Positions 1-8,727 of a stretch of 64,000 nucleotides of DNA are shown piece by piece (the first letter of the stretch is position 1; every line of letters begins with the position of its first letter). The notes below the pieces were generated by a model that was not told the origin of the DNA, did not search any database, and worked only from the letters and a program-made list of their open reading frames with translations. The translations under genes and the position numbers were made by a program. Origin of the DNA: Acidimicrobiia bacterium (GTDB taxonomy: Bacteria; Actinomycetota; Acidimicrobiia; Spongiisociales; UBA11373); contig DATHSA010000046.1 in assembly GCA_035464675.1 (NCBI GenBank), forward strand, positions 461 through 64,460, read 5' to 3'.

Positions 1-1598
1 ACCGCGTTCACCAGGACGTTGAAGTCCGTCGGGAACGCCGTCGCGTCAAAGCCAAGGTCCTTGGCGGCCTGGGCGATGATCAGCGAGTACGTCGCACGCA
101 GCGGGTCGTACCCGGGTCCGGGCGACAGGATGGTCAGCTCCTGGACAGGAGTGCCATCGAGCATGATGCCCGAGCCGGGGACGATCGCGTTGTTGGCGTA
201 GTCGGGCTCCTGGCCTTCGGGCCAGGTGAACCCACCGGCCTTCAGTGCCGCGACTGCGAGATGCAGACGGGCCTCGTTGCCGGTCGCCGTGTAGGTCTCG
301 CCGTCGTCGTCGGTGAACGGCTCACCGTCGTGACGCACGTCGGTCGAAGCCTCCGTGTACGTCGCGGCGTAGGCCGCAGCCTTCTCCTCGTTGTACCAAT
401 TCGTGTTCCCCTCGGGAAGCGTTGCGTACAGCGGGAAGGCGACGCCCTGGAGCACGCTGTTGGCCACGTACTCCTTGTCGAGCATGAACGCCATCGCATC
501 GCGGAACTCCTGCCGGCCCGTGGGATCACGGCGCAGGTTGAACGCGAGATAGCGGAACCCGTTCGTCGGGTTGACCACGGCGGTCAGGTTGGCGTCACCG
601 GTGATCTGGTCCTGGAGACCGCGCTGGAGGCCCAGCGGGTTGTACAGGAAGTCCACCTCGCCGGCACGAAGGGCCAGCACGGCGGCGGTCTGATCACCGT
701 AGAGCTCGAACGTCTGCGCGCTCATGAACGGCCCGCTCTGGTACGTCACGCCACCCGAGACGATCTCACGACCGTTGTCGTAATAGTTCTCGTTGGCGAC
801 GGTACGAGCGAAGGCCCCAGCTTCGCGGGTCTCGAAGACCGTCGGTCCACCCGACGGATCGCCGACACCGGAAGCGGCATAGAGCACCTCGGCCGGGTCC
901 TCGGAGCCGGCGGCTCCGTCGACCACGTCCTGCCAGAAGTGCTGAGGTATGATCGTGGCGATGCCAGGACCATGCGGCCAAATGGCCAGACCAGGCATCA
1001 TGTTCCAGGTGAACTTGACCGTCTGGTCGTCCACCGCCACGACGTCGGTCAGGCCGAGCGTCGAGCCGTCCTCGGGAGCCCACTGGTAGGCGCTCACCCA
1101 GTTGCCACCGAGCCCGAAGTCGCGAACCACCTTGGCGGTGAACTCGACGTCGTGCGCGGTGATGGGCTCGCCATCGCTCCAGACGGCGTCCTCACGTATG
1201 GCGACCTCGACGGAGAATCCATCTCCGTCAGCCGACGCCACTCCGGGATCCTCGGAAGCGGCAACGTCGTTCGTCAGTTCCAACCCGGGAAGGTTGATGG
1301 CGAAGAGTGCCGGCTTCGTCGGCCCGAGCACGTAGGCGTTCCAGACCGTGCTCTGGGGATCGTTGTACGCCCAGAAGTTGTCGGTCGTGGTGTCCTGGAA
1401 AATGCCGGTCCGATACACGAACCCCGCCCCGGGCGGCGTGGTCGTGGTAGAGCCGGGCGGGGCGGTCGTCGCAGTTGTGGTTCCCACATCAGCAGTCGTC
1501 GTGGTGGCATCGTCATCGCCGCACGCGGCGGCCACCAACGCGAGCACTGCGAAGGCAACTACGAGCCGCCATCGGCCCGATAGCTTCGGAGTTCTCAC
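1..1598 (-). CDS. ABC transporter substrate-binding lipoprotein, family 5 (peptide/nickel type); runs off the left edge
   Basis: Not in the ORF track; translated by hand from GTG at 1598 (GGAG RBS upstream): MRTPKLSGRWRLVVAFAVLALVAAACGDDD (lipobox AAAC), Thr-rich linker, then FVYRTGIFQDTTTDNFWAY; the frame is also open at the window edge; + strand ORF 261..1583 is its antisense shadow. Confidence 0.85.
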   Translation of the reverse strand, partial: MRTPKLSGRWRLVVAFAVLALVAAACGDDDATTTTADVGTTTATTAPPGSTTTTPPGAGFVYRTGIFQDTTTDNFWAYNDPQSTVWNAYVLGPTKPALFAINLPGLELTNDVAASEDPGVASADGDGFSVEVAIREDAVWSDGEPITAHDVEFTAKVVRDFGLGGNWVSAYQWAPEDGSTLGLTDVVAVDDQTVKFTWNMMPGLAIWPHGPGIATIIPQHFWQDVVDGAAGSEDPAEVLYAASGVGDPSGGPTVFETREAGAFARTVANENYYDNGREIVSGGVTYQSGPFMSAQTFELYGDQTAAVLALRAGEVDFLYNPLGLQRGLQDQITGDANLTAVVNPTNGFRYLAFNLRRDPTGRQEFRDAMAFMLDKEYVANSVLQGVAFPLYATLPEGNTNWYNEEKAAAYAATYTEASTDVRHDGEPFTDDDGETYTATGNEARLHLAVAALKAGGFTWPEGQEPDYANNAIVPGSGIMLDGTPVQELTILSPGPGYDPLRATYSLIIAQAAKDLGFDATAFPTDFNVLVNA

Positions 1599-1785
1599 TG
1601 GTTGTCTCCAATCGTCAGTCTGACGGGCGGAAGTGGCGCACGCACGCTCACGCGGCGCGCACACCACAATGCCCACCTGAGCGAAGGCTACTCGGGGCCG
1701 GGCACTGCGGCAACAGCACCCCGGGCGGCCCACCCCAGGATCCGGCAGCCCACTCCCCCGCTCTCGGCCGCGGGCCGCGGACCCT

Positions 1786-3663
1786 TCACAGGTCGCTGCG
1801 GAACCAGAAGGCGGCGTTCCAGGTGTCGACAGTCACCGGCGATCCACGAAGCACCGGCACCACCACGTAGCCACCGAGTTCGTCGGCCCAGACCGCCCCG
1901 ACGCGGGGCTGCTGGTACAGCGGGAGGAAGGCCGTCTGCCCGGCGAGGATCGACTCCGCCTCACGGATGAGGAACGAGATGTCGTCGAGGTCCGCCGTGC
2001 TGTGGAGACCCCGGATCACGAAGCCGTATCGAACGGTGCCGTTGTTGATCACCGAGGACTCCGCTTGCTCGTATGGGGTCCCGTCCAGGGGGCTTCCGTC
2101 GACGAAATCGACCTCGGGGGTTCCCCACCGATAGAAGTTGAGGCCTCCCGGCGATGGTGGACGCGCCGGGTCGAAGGTGTCCTGGAAGGCGAGCAGACTG
2201 GTCAGCAGTGGCCCCCCCTGCCATCCCCAGGCACCCATGTCGTATATCCCAAAGTCGAGGGTGTCGGCGAAGAACACCGACGACTCCTCGACGCGGATGT
2301 CGGTCCGAATCCCGACCGCCCCGAGCATCACGGCCACAAGCTGGGCGATGCGTTGCCGGTCGGCTCCTCGGGGCACCGTCAACACCGCTCGCACCGGACG
2401 TGCCCCGCAGTCCACCCCCGGCTTGGCGCACAGGGCCTCGAGCAATGCTTCAGCCTTGTCCGGGTCGTAGTCGTACTGCGCCCACGCACCCTGGGACAGC
2501 CACGGCAGATAGGCGTCGACGTACGAGTCGAGTGGCCCGACCACCCCGCCGAATATCTCGTCGACCAGGCGCTGACGGTCGATGGCATGCGCCACTGCCA
2601 TCCGGTACTCGACGTGCTCGTTGTAGGAGTTGGGGTTCCGGTCGAATCGGTTTTCGCCGAACTGGAAGTTGATCTGCTCCCAGTCGCCGCTTCCGATCAC
2701 GTCGACGGAAACGCCGGCATCCTCGACCGCGAGCAGCCGCTCGATCTGACCCACGTCGTCTGCAAACGAGGCGACGTCGATCTCTCGAGCGAGGAACGCA
2801 TCGACCAGCGCTGCTCGACTCGAGAAGAACCGGAACTCGACTCGATCCAGGTACGGAAGCTGCTGGCCGGTGATCGGATCGAACTCCATGTAGTTGTCGT
2901 TTCTCACCACCGAGATGTGCGAGCCCTTGACCCACTCCTCGAACACGAACGGGCCACCCGACATCCACCCCACGTTGTCGTAGGCCCGTAGGAAGTCGCG
3001 TCCCCGAACGGCGTGGCTCGGGATGAGGATGTTGAAGATCAGACGAACGGCCAGTGTCGGCCGCTCCATCGAGAACTCGAACGTCTTTCCATCGGCCACG
3101 ATCGAGTCGGGGATGATGTCCTCGTAGATCGTGGTGTCGAGGAGATACGACCGGTTTGTGATCGTCTGGTACGTGAAGAGGAAGTCCTCACCCGTGATGG
3201 GGGTTCCGTCCGCCCAGACGCGATCTTCCTTGATCCGATACCGGACACGCATCGTTCCGTCCGGCTCGATCGAGAGGCCGCCGTTCTCGATCGTCGGAAT
3301 CTCCACGAGAACGTCGGGTTCCAGCTCCGTCGTGGTCCCGTCGAGGCGTAGCGCCCCGGTCCAGAAGGTTCGGCCGATCCTGCTCACGGCGTGGGCCGAT
3401 CCTCCGGGCAGGAAGGGGTTCAGGATGTCCGGCTCGATCTCCACACCGATGATGGCCTCCCCCCCATAGGGGTTGGGGATGATCGGCTCCGTCGTGGTCG
3501 TGGTCGGAGCGCTGGTTGTGGTCGGAGGAAGCGTCGTGCTCGTGGTCGAGGTCGTTGTCGTCGGCTCCGTCGTGGTCGTCGTCGGCGCGGCGGAGCCTCC
3601 GCAGGCGACCGCGACGACCAGAAGAAGGGTCAGGTGGCGATTGCGTGGCATGTACCGGCGCAT
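1786..3663 (-). CDS. ABC transporter substrate-binding lipoprotein, family 5
   Basis: ORF 1786..3750; lipobox VAVACG, Thr-rich linker, SBP_bac_5-like motifs (GGPFVFEEWVKGSHISVVRNDNY, RMAVAHAIDRQRLVDEIF); start moved downstream of the secG stop (3663 or 3651). Confidence 0.85.
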   Translation of the reverse strand: MRRYMPRNRHLTLLLVVAVACGGSAAPTTTTTEPTTTTSTTSTTLPPTTTSAPTTTTTEPIIPNPYGGEAIIGVEIEPDILNPFLPGGSAHAVSRIGRTFWTGALRLDGTTTELEPDVLVEIPTIENGGLSIEPDGTMRVRYRIKEDRVWADGTPITGEDFLFTYQTITNRSYLLDTTIYEDIIPDSIVADGKTFEFSMERPTLAVRLIFNILIPSHAVRGRDFLRAYDNVGWMSGGPFVFEEWVKGSHISVVRNDNYMEFDPITGQQLPYLDRVEFRFFSSRAALVDAFLAREIDVASFADDVGQIERLLAVEDAGVSVDVIGSGDWEQINFQFGENRFDRNPNSYNEHVEYRMAVAHAIDRQRLVDEIFGGVVGPLDSYVDAYLPWLSQGAWAQYDYDPDKAEALLEALCAKPGVDCGARPVRAVLTVPRGADRQRIAQLVAVMLGAVGIRTDIRVEESSVFFADTLDFGIYDMGAWGWQGGPLLTSLLAFQDTFDPARPPSPGGLNFYRWGTPEVDFVDGSPLDGTPYEQAESSVINNGTVRYGFVIRGLHSTADLDDISFLIREAESILAGQTAFLPLYQQPRVGAVWADELGGYVVVPVLRGSPVTVDTWNAAFWFRSDL

Positions 3664-3697
3664 TCTCGCCGGGACCGAGATCAATCGGGACGCGACC

Positions 3698-3934
3698 TCA
3701 GGTGAGTACCCAGGAGAGACCGAGAGTCGTGCCGGCAAAGAGGAGGGCAACGGTCACGGTGATGCGATCGAGATTCCTCTCTGCGATCGTCGACCCGCCG
3801 GCTCCGCCGAGGGGCCCCATGCCTCCGCCGAATGCGTCCGAGAGCCCGCCGCCCCTTCCCGCATGGAGAAGGATGAGCGCGATGAGGGCCAGCGACAGGA
3901 TGAGATGGAGCGCGATCAGCAGTGCAGCGAGCAT
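3698..3934 (-). CDS. secG: Preprotein translocase subunit SecG
   Basis: Two TM segments with ILLHAGRGGGLSDAFGGG and AERNLDRIT motifs. Confidence 0.95.
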   Translation of the reverse strand: MLAALLIALHLILSLALIALILLHAGRGGGLSDAFGGGMGPLGGAGGSTIAERNLDRITVTVALLFAGTTLGLSWVLT

Positions 3935-3998
3935 GGGCGGCACAGTATACGACGGTGTGAGGGGGGCATTCGCCTTCCGCCCGGTCCCCGCGAATCGT

Positions 3999-4027
3999 TT
4001 GCCGGTTGCCCGTCACCCGTTGCCCGT
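3999..4027 (+). repeat. 7-bp tandem repeat (TTGCCGG TTGCCCG TCACCCG TTGCCCG)
   Basis: Read directly in the gpmA-secG intergenic region. Confidence 0.75.
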
Positions 4028-4062
4028 GCCGTCCGGCGAGGTGCGCACACCCCCGTACCTGC

Positions 4063-4818
4063 CTACTTGGCCCTCGCCTGGTCGGCCACGGCCTGGGCTG
4101 CGGCCCTGGCCGCTTCCGGGTCCCCGAGGTAGCCGCCGTCGATGCGCCTCAAGTCCTGGTCGAGGGTGTAGACCAGCGGGATTCCGGTGGGGATGTTGAG
4201 TGACGGGATGTCCTCGTCGGAGATCCCGTCGAGATGCTTCACCAGGGCGCGCAGGCTGTTGCCGTGCGCCGACACCAGTACCGTCTTCCCGTCACGGAGA
4301 TCCGGCACGATCTGGTCGTGCCAGTAGGGAAGCATCCGGGCGACGACGTCGGCGAGGCTCTCGGAGGCGGGCACCAGGTCGGGAGTCAGGCCGGCGTATC
4401 GGGGATCGTGGCCGGCATGCCGGGGATCATCCCGCTCGAGCCCCGGCGGAGGCGTGTCGTACGACCGGCGCCATATGTGTACCTGCTCTTCCCCGTGCTC
4501 CCGGGCGGTCTCGGCCTTGTCGAGCCCCTGAAGGGCCCCGTAGTGACGCTCGTTGAGGCGCCAGTGCCGTCTCACAGGGATCCACAGACGCTCCATGACC
4601 TCGAGGGTGAGGTACAGGGTCGCGATCGCCCGGAGAAGGACCGAGGTGTGAGCGATGTCGGGGAGCAGCGACTCCTCGACGAGCAACTCCCCCGCCGCAC
4701 GCGCCTCCGCCTCACCCTCGGAGGTCAGGCCGACGTCGGTCCATCCGGTGAACCGGTTCTCCAGATTCCAGGAACTCTGCCCGTGGCGGAGCAGGATGAG
4801 GGTGTGGGTCTCACTCAC
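4063..4818 (-). CDS. gpmA: 2,3-bisphosphoglycerate-dependent phosphoglycerate mutase
   Basis: [31 protein letters not shown] and AHGNSLRAL motifs. Confidence 0.97.
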   Translation of the reverse strand: MSETHTLILLRHGQSSWNLENRFTGWTDVGLTSEGEAEARAAGELLVEESLLPDIAHTSVLLRAIATLYLTLEVMERLWIPVRRHWRLNERHYGALQGLDKAETAREHGEEQVHIWRRSYDTPPPGLERDDPRHAGHDPRYAGLTPDLVPASESLADVVARMLPYWHDQIVPDLRDGKTVLVSAHGNSLRALVKHLDGISDEDIPSLNIPTGIPLVYTLDQDLRRIDGGYLGDPEAARAAAQAVADQARAK

Positions 4819-4845
4819 GGAAAGGACGGTAGTGGGGAGAACAAT

Positions 4846-4875
4846 CGTTACCCGTTACCCGTTGCCCGTTACCCG
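4846..4875 (+). repeat. 7-bp tandem repeat (CGTTACC x2, CGTTGCC, CGTTACC)
   Basis: Read directly upstream of gpmA. Confidence 0.85.
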
Positions 4876-4915
4876 AGCTCTGTGCCCCTGGCGATCCCCA
4901 GCCAGCGATCCTCTG

Positions 4916-4950
4916 GCGTATTGCGTATTGCGAATCGCGTATCGCGTCGC
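4916..4950 (+). repeat. 7-bp tandem repeat with a different unit (GCGTATT GCGTATT GCGAATC GCGTATC GCGTCGC)
   Basis: Read directly; abuts the tpiA stop codon. Confidence 0.8.
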
Positions 4951-5721
4951 TCAAACCCAATACCGCACGATCGAGGCGAACTGGTCGGGGTCGAGCGAGG
5001 CACCGCCCACCAGGGCGCCATCGATCTCACGCTTCGCCATGAACGCGGCGATGTTGCCGGGATTCACCGAGCCGCCGTAGAGGACTCGCACCGACGCGGC
5101 CGTCTCGACTCCTGCTGCCTCGGACACGACGGAGCGGATGACCGACGCCGCGGCGGCGGCAGTGTCCGGGTCGGCGGTGCGTCCCGAGCCGATCGCCCAG
5201 ACCGGTTCGTACGCGATCACGATCTCCGCGAGCGTGCCGGCAGCCAGCCCGCGAAGCGCGGCGCGAACCTGTCCCGAGACGACCTGGTCGGTCTCGCCCT
5301 CATCACGCTGCTCCAGCGTTTCCCCCACGGCGAGGATCGGTGTCATCCCGGCTCCCAGCACCGCCCGTAGCTTCTTGGCGACGGTGACGTCGTCCTCCCC
5401 GAAGACCTGCCTCCGCTCCGAGTGGCCGACGATCACGAACTCGACCCCCAGCTTCTCCAGCATGGGTGCGGAGACCGCTCCGGTGAACGCTCCCGACTCC
5501 TCCCAATGCGCGTCCTGGGCGCCGAGATGAATGCGGAGATGGTCGGCCTCGATGACCGTCTGGACCGAACGCAGCGCCGTGTACGGGGGGCACACCACCA
5601 CGTCGACGCGGTCGTAGTCGTCCGGATCCAACCGGTATGAGAGTTTCTGGACCATCTGGATCGCCTCGAGGTGGGTGGCGTTCATCTTCCAGTTCCCGGC
5701 GATCAGGTCCTTACGAGCCAT
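4951..5721 (-). CDS. tpiA: Triosephosphate isomerase
   Basis: IAGNWKMN, IVGHSERR, IAYEPVWAIG and LVGGASL motifs. Confidence 0.98.
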   Translation of the reverse strand: MARKDLIAGNWKMNATHLEAIQMVQKLSYRLDPDDYDRVDVVVCPPYTALRSVQTVIEADHLRIHLGAQDAHWEESGAFTGAVSAPMLEKLGVEFVIVGHSERRQVFGEDDVTVAKKLRAVLGAGMTPILAVGETLEQRDEGETDQVVSGQVRAALRGLAAGTLAEIVIAYEPVWAIGSGRTADPDTAAAAASVIRSVVSEAAGVETAASVRVLYGGSVNPGNIAAFMAKREIDGALVGGASLDPDQFASIVRYWV

Positions 5722-6895
5722 CGCGCAGCGCCTCCAATCCGGGCAACGTGCCCTGCTCGATCAACTCCAATCCCGCTCCACCGCCGGTCGACAGGTGTGA
5801 GACGCCGTCTCCCAGCCCGAACTCCTCGAGTGCGGCGACGGTGTCCCCGCCGCCGACGACGGAATACCCGCGGTTCGCATCGACGGCCTTCGCCACGCGC
5901 AGTGTCCCCGACGCGAACGCCGGCCACTCGAAGACACCCATGGGACCATTCCAGAAGATCGTGTCGGCCCCCTCGAGGATCGATGCGAACCGCTCGGCGC
6001 TCTCGGGGCCTATGTCGAGCCCCATTCCGTCGCGAGGCATGTCGGTCGCCGGGACCACCCGGTGGGTGGTGTCGCGTTCGAAGCGCTCCCCGACGATGAC
6101 ATCGGTCGGGAGGGTGACGCGACCCCCGTTCACGGACTGCAGCACCTTGCGCGCCGCGTCGACCTGATCCCCCTCCACCCGCGAGTCGCCGACGTCATAG
6201 CCCTCGGCTACGAGGAGCGTGAAGCACATGGCGCCCCCGACCAGCATCACGTCCACCTTGGGGAGCAGCGCGTCGATCACACCGAGTTTGTCGGAGACCT
6301 TCGCCCCGCCGAGGGCCACGACGAACGGCCGGTCGGGGTCGTCGATGATCCGTGCGAATGCCCGGACCTCGGACAGGAGAAGGGGGCCCGCAGCAGACGG
6401 GAGCAGCGCGCTCACCCCCACCGTCGAGGCGTGGGCTCGATGAGCCGACCCGAACGCATCGAGCACGAAGGCGTCGGCCAGGGCTGCCAGTCGCCCGGCA
6501 AAGCCGGGATCGTTGGTGGTCTCCCCGTCCTCGAAGCGGGTGTTCTCGAGCACCACGACGTCGTCCGTCTGGTCGTCGACCGCGGTGCGGGCACCCGGGC
6601 CGGCGACGTCGTCGGCCACCGTCACCGGAAAGCCGCCGATCTCGGACAGGCGCGCGCCGACCGGCTTCATCGAATACGCCGGGTCGATGCCCTTCGGCCG
6701 TCCCAGATGGCTGCAGAGGACCACCGCGGCGCGCCGTGCGCGGAGCGCCTCGATCGTGGGCAACGCGGCGCGGAGCCGGAAGTCGTCGCCGATCGCGCCT
6801 CCGTCGAGAGGGACATTCAGGTCGGCCCGCACCAGGACGGTCCGGCCCTCGACTTCGAGATCGTCGATCGTCGGGAGATCCCTCACCGGGGTCAC
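5711..6895 (-). CDS. pgk: Phosphoglycerate kinase
   Basis: VRADLNVPL, SHLGRPKG, GGAKVSDK, WNGPMGVFE and HLSTGGGA motifs. Confidence 0.97.
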   Translation of the reverse strand: MTPVRDLPTIDDLEVEGRTVLVRADLNVPLDGGAIGDDFRLRAALPTIEALRARRAAVVLCSHLGRPKGIDPAYSMKPVGARLSEIGGFPVTVADDVAGPGARTAVDDQTDDVVVLENTRFEDGETTNDPGFAGRLAALADAFVLDAFGSAHRAHASTVGVSALLPSAAGPLLLSEVRAFARIIDDPDRPFVVALGGAKVSDKLGVIDALLPKVDVMLVGGAMCFTLLVAEGYDVGDSRVEGDQVDAARKVLQSVNGGRVTLPTDVIVGERFERDTTHRVVPATDMPRDGMGLDIGPESAERFASILEGADTIFWNGPMGVFEWPAFASGTLRVAKAVDANRGYSVVGGGDTVAALEEFGLGDGVSHLSTGGGAGLELIEQGTLPGLEALRDGS

Positions 6896-6916
6896 GCTAG
6901 TGATCCGCTCCCGGGT

Positions 6917-7870
6917 TCACGTCAGCCGTCTGAGGACTGCTCCCAATCTCGCCGGATCGTGCTGGGGCCACTCTGCGGTTGGGTCGACGACGTCGGCCCG
7001 GACGACCGCTGGCGAATCTTCGAAGGTGACCCGGGTCAGGCCTTGCGGTACCTCGAGGGGGCCGTCGTGGACGACGATGGCGTCAGGCGACCGTATCCCG
7101 CCGATGCCGGTGAGCGCGTCCAGGTGGTCGTCGCCCGACATCGCGAGGGTCTCACCGTCCTGGGTGGTGAGGTTGCAGACATAGACGAGGCGTCCGCCGG
7201 CGGCGTTCACCGCCTCGGCGATGCCAGGTACGCGGAGCCCGGCGATGATGGATGTGAACAGGCTCCCCGGACCGAGCACGATCTGGTCTGCCGCGGCGAT
7301 TGCGCCCGTCACGCGCGCCCCGGCCGGCACGTCGGCCGGGACCAGGCGGACGTCGGTGATCGTTCCCCGGGACCGGGCGATGGCGACCTGGCCGGACACC
7401 ACCCGATCGTCGACGTCGGCCTCGAGGACCAGGGGCACCGGCGCTGCCGGCAGCACGGTCCCCCGGGCTCCGAGGAGGCGCGCTACGCGGTCGAGAGCAT
7501 CTTCGAAGGACCCGGTCAGGTTGGCCAGGGCCGCGATGATCAGGTTGCCCAGGGAGTGCCCGGCAACATCTGACTCCTCGAATCGGTACTCCATCAGGTC
7601 GCGCCATGTCGTTCCCTCGGGGCTGAGAGCGAGCAGGGCCATGCGGATGTCGCCGGGAGGCGGAATGGCCAGTGCCGGCGACAGACGCCCCGACGAACCA
7701 CCGTCGTCGGCGACGGTCACGATCGCGGTCACGTCGCCGGCGTAGCCCAGGACTGCTTTGAGCGCCCCCGCAAGGCCATGGCCTCCTCCCAGTGCGGTCA
7801 CGCGTACCCCGGCGAGATCGTTCTCGAGTTCCTCGAGCAGCGGGTCGACCAGCAGGTCGGTCTCACTCAT
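6917..7870 (-). CDS. yvcK: Gluconeogenesis/morphogenesis factor, YvcK/CofD family
   Basis: LGGGHGL, VTVADDGGSSGRL, PGDIR and LGPGSLFTS motifs; follows rapZ. Confidence 0.93.
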   Translation of the reverse strand: MSETDLLVDPLLEELENDLAGVRVTALGGGHGLAGALKAVLGYAGDVTAIVTVADDGGSSGRLSPALAIPPPGDIRMALLALSPEGTTWRDLMEYRFEESDVAGHSLGNLIIAALANLTGSFEDALDRVARLLGARGTVLPAAPVPLVLEADVDDRVVSGQVAIARSRGTITDVRLVPADVPAGARVTGAIAAADQIVLGPGSLFTSIIAGLRVPGIAEAVNAAGGRLVYVCNLTTQDGETLAMSGDDHLDALTGIGGIRSPDAIVVHDGPLEVPQGLTRVTFEDSPAVVRADVVDPTAEWPQHDPARLGAVLRRLT

Positions 7871-8727
7871 GAGTCGATGTCCCTATGACGAACGGTCACG
7901 TCCACATCTCCGCGATCCTCCAGCCACGTCGCGATCGCCTCGGCGATCGCGACCGACCGATGTCGCCCTCCGGTGCAACCCACCCCGATCGTGAGATAGG
8001 ACTTGCCCTCGGCCTCGTAGCGGGGCACCAGGAAGTCGAGGAGACCCTCGACGTGCCGGAGGAACCCCGCGGCATCGGCCGACTCGAGCACGTGTCTGCT
8101 GACCGCCTCGTCGAGCCCGGTCTTGGGACGCAGCTCCTCGACCCAGTGGGGATTCGGCAGGAAGCGGACGTCGAACACGAGGTCGACCACGCGAGGCACC
8201 CCGGACTTGAATCCGAACGACGTGACGGTCACCCGCATCGGGCGGTCCTGCTCTTTGAACGCGTCGTGGATCGCGTCACGCAGCTCGTGGACGTTGCGGT
8301 CTGTCGTGTCGACGATCATGTCCGCCCGCTCCTTGAGGTTCTCGAGCGCCTTGCGCTCGGCCGCGATCGACTCGGCGACGGTGGGAGCCGCCACGGGGTG
8401 GGGGCGCCGGGTCTCTTCGAAACGGGTTGCGAGCACCTCGTCGTCGGCGTCGAGGAAGAGGATCGTGACCGGAACCCCGTCGACGGAGAGACGCTCCAGC
8501 GTCCGGTCCAGGGAGGCGAACTCGAGCCCGCTGCGGGCATCGACGACGACGGCCACCCGTTCCCGCGTGCTCTCGGGCGCCAGGGCGCGCGCGACGATCT
8601 CGCCGATCAAGTCCGCAGGCAGATTGTCGGTGACCGAATACCCGACGTCCTCGAGGGCCTTCGACGCCGTGGAGCGCCCGGCGCCGGACATTCCGGTGAT
8701 GAGCACGAGCCGGAACCCGGTTCTCAC
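7867..8727 (-). CDS. rapZ: RNase adapter / P-loop nucleotide-binding protein RapZ (YvcJ)
   Basis: TGMSGAGRS, FDVRFLPNP and GCTGGRHRSV motifs. Confidence 0.95.
   Translation of the reverse strand: MRTGFRLVLITGMSGAGRSTASKALEDVGYSVTDNLPADLIGEIVARALAPESTRERVAVVVDARSGLEFASLDRTLERLSVDGVPVTILFLDADDEVLATRFEETRRPHPVAAPTVAESIAAERKALENLKERADMIVDTTDRNVHELRDAIHDAFKEQDRPMRVTVTSFGFKSGVPRVVDLVFDVRFLPNPHWVEELRPKTGLDEAVSRHVLESADAAGFLRHVEGLLDFLVPRYEAEGKSYLTIGVGCTGGRHRSVAIAEAIATWLEDRGDVDVTVRHRDIDS

Noticed and set aside
1600-1785. Possible riboswitch before the first SBP gene (GAGAG...GCTCAGG, 9-bp hairpin, GTGCTGTT word shared with copy A)
   Set aside because: No complete aptamer consensus, and the similarity to the element is too short to distinguish from chance
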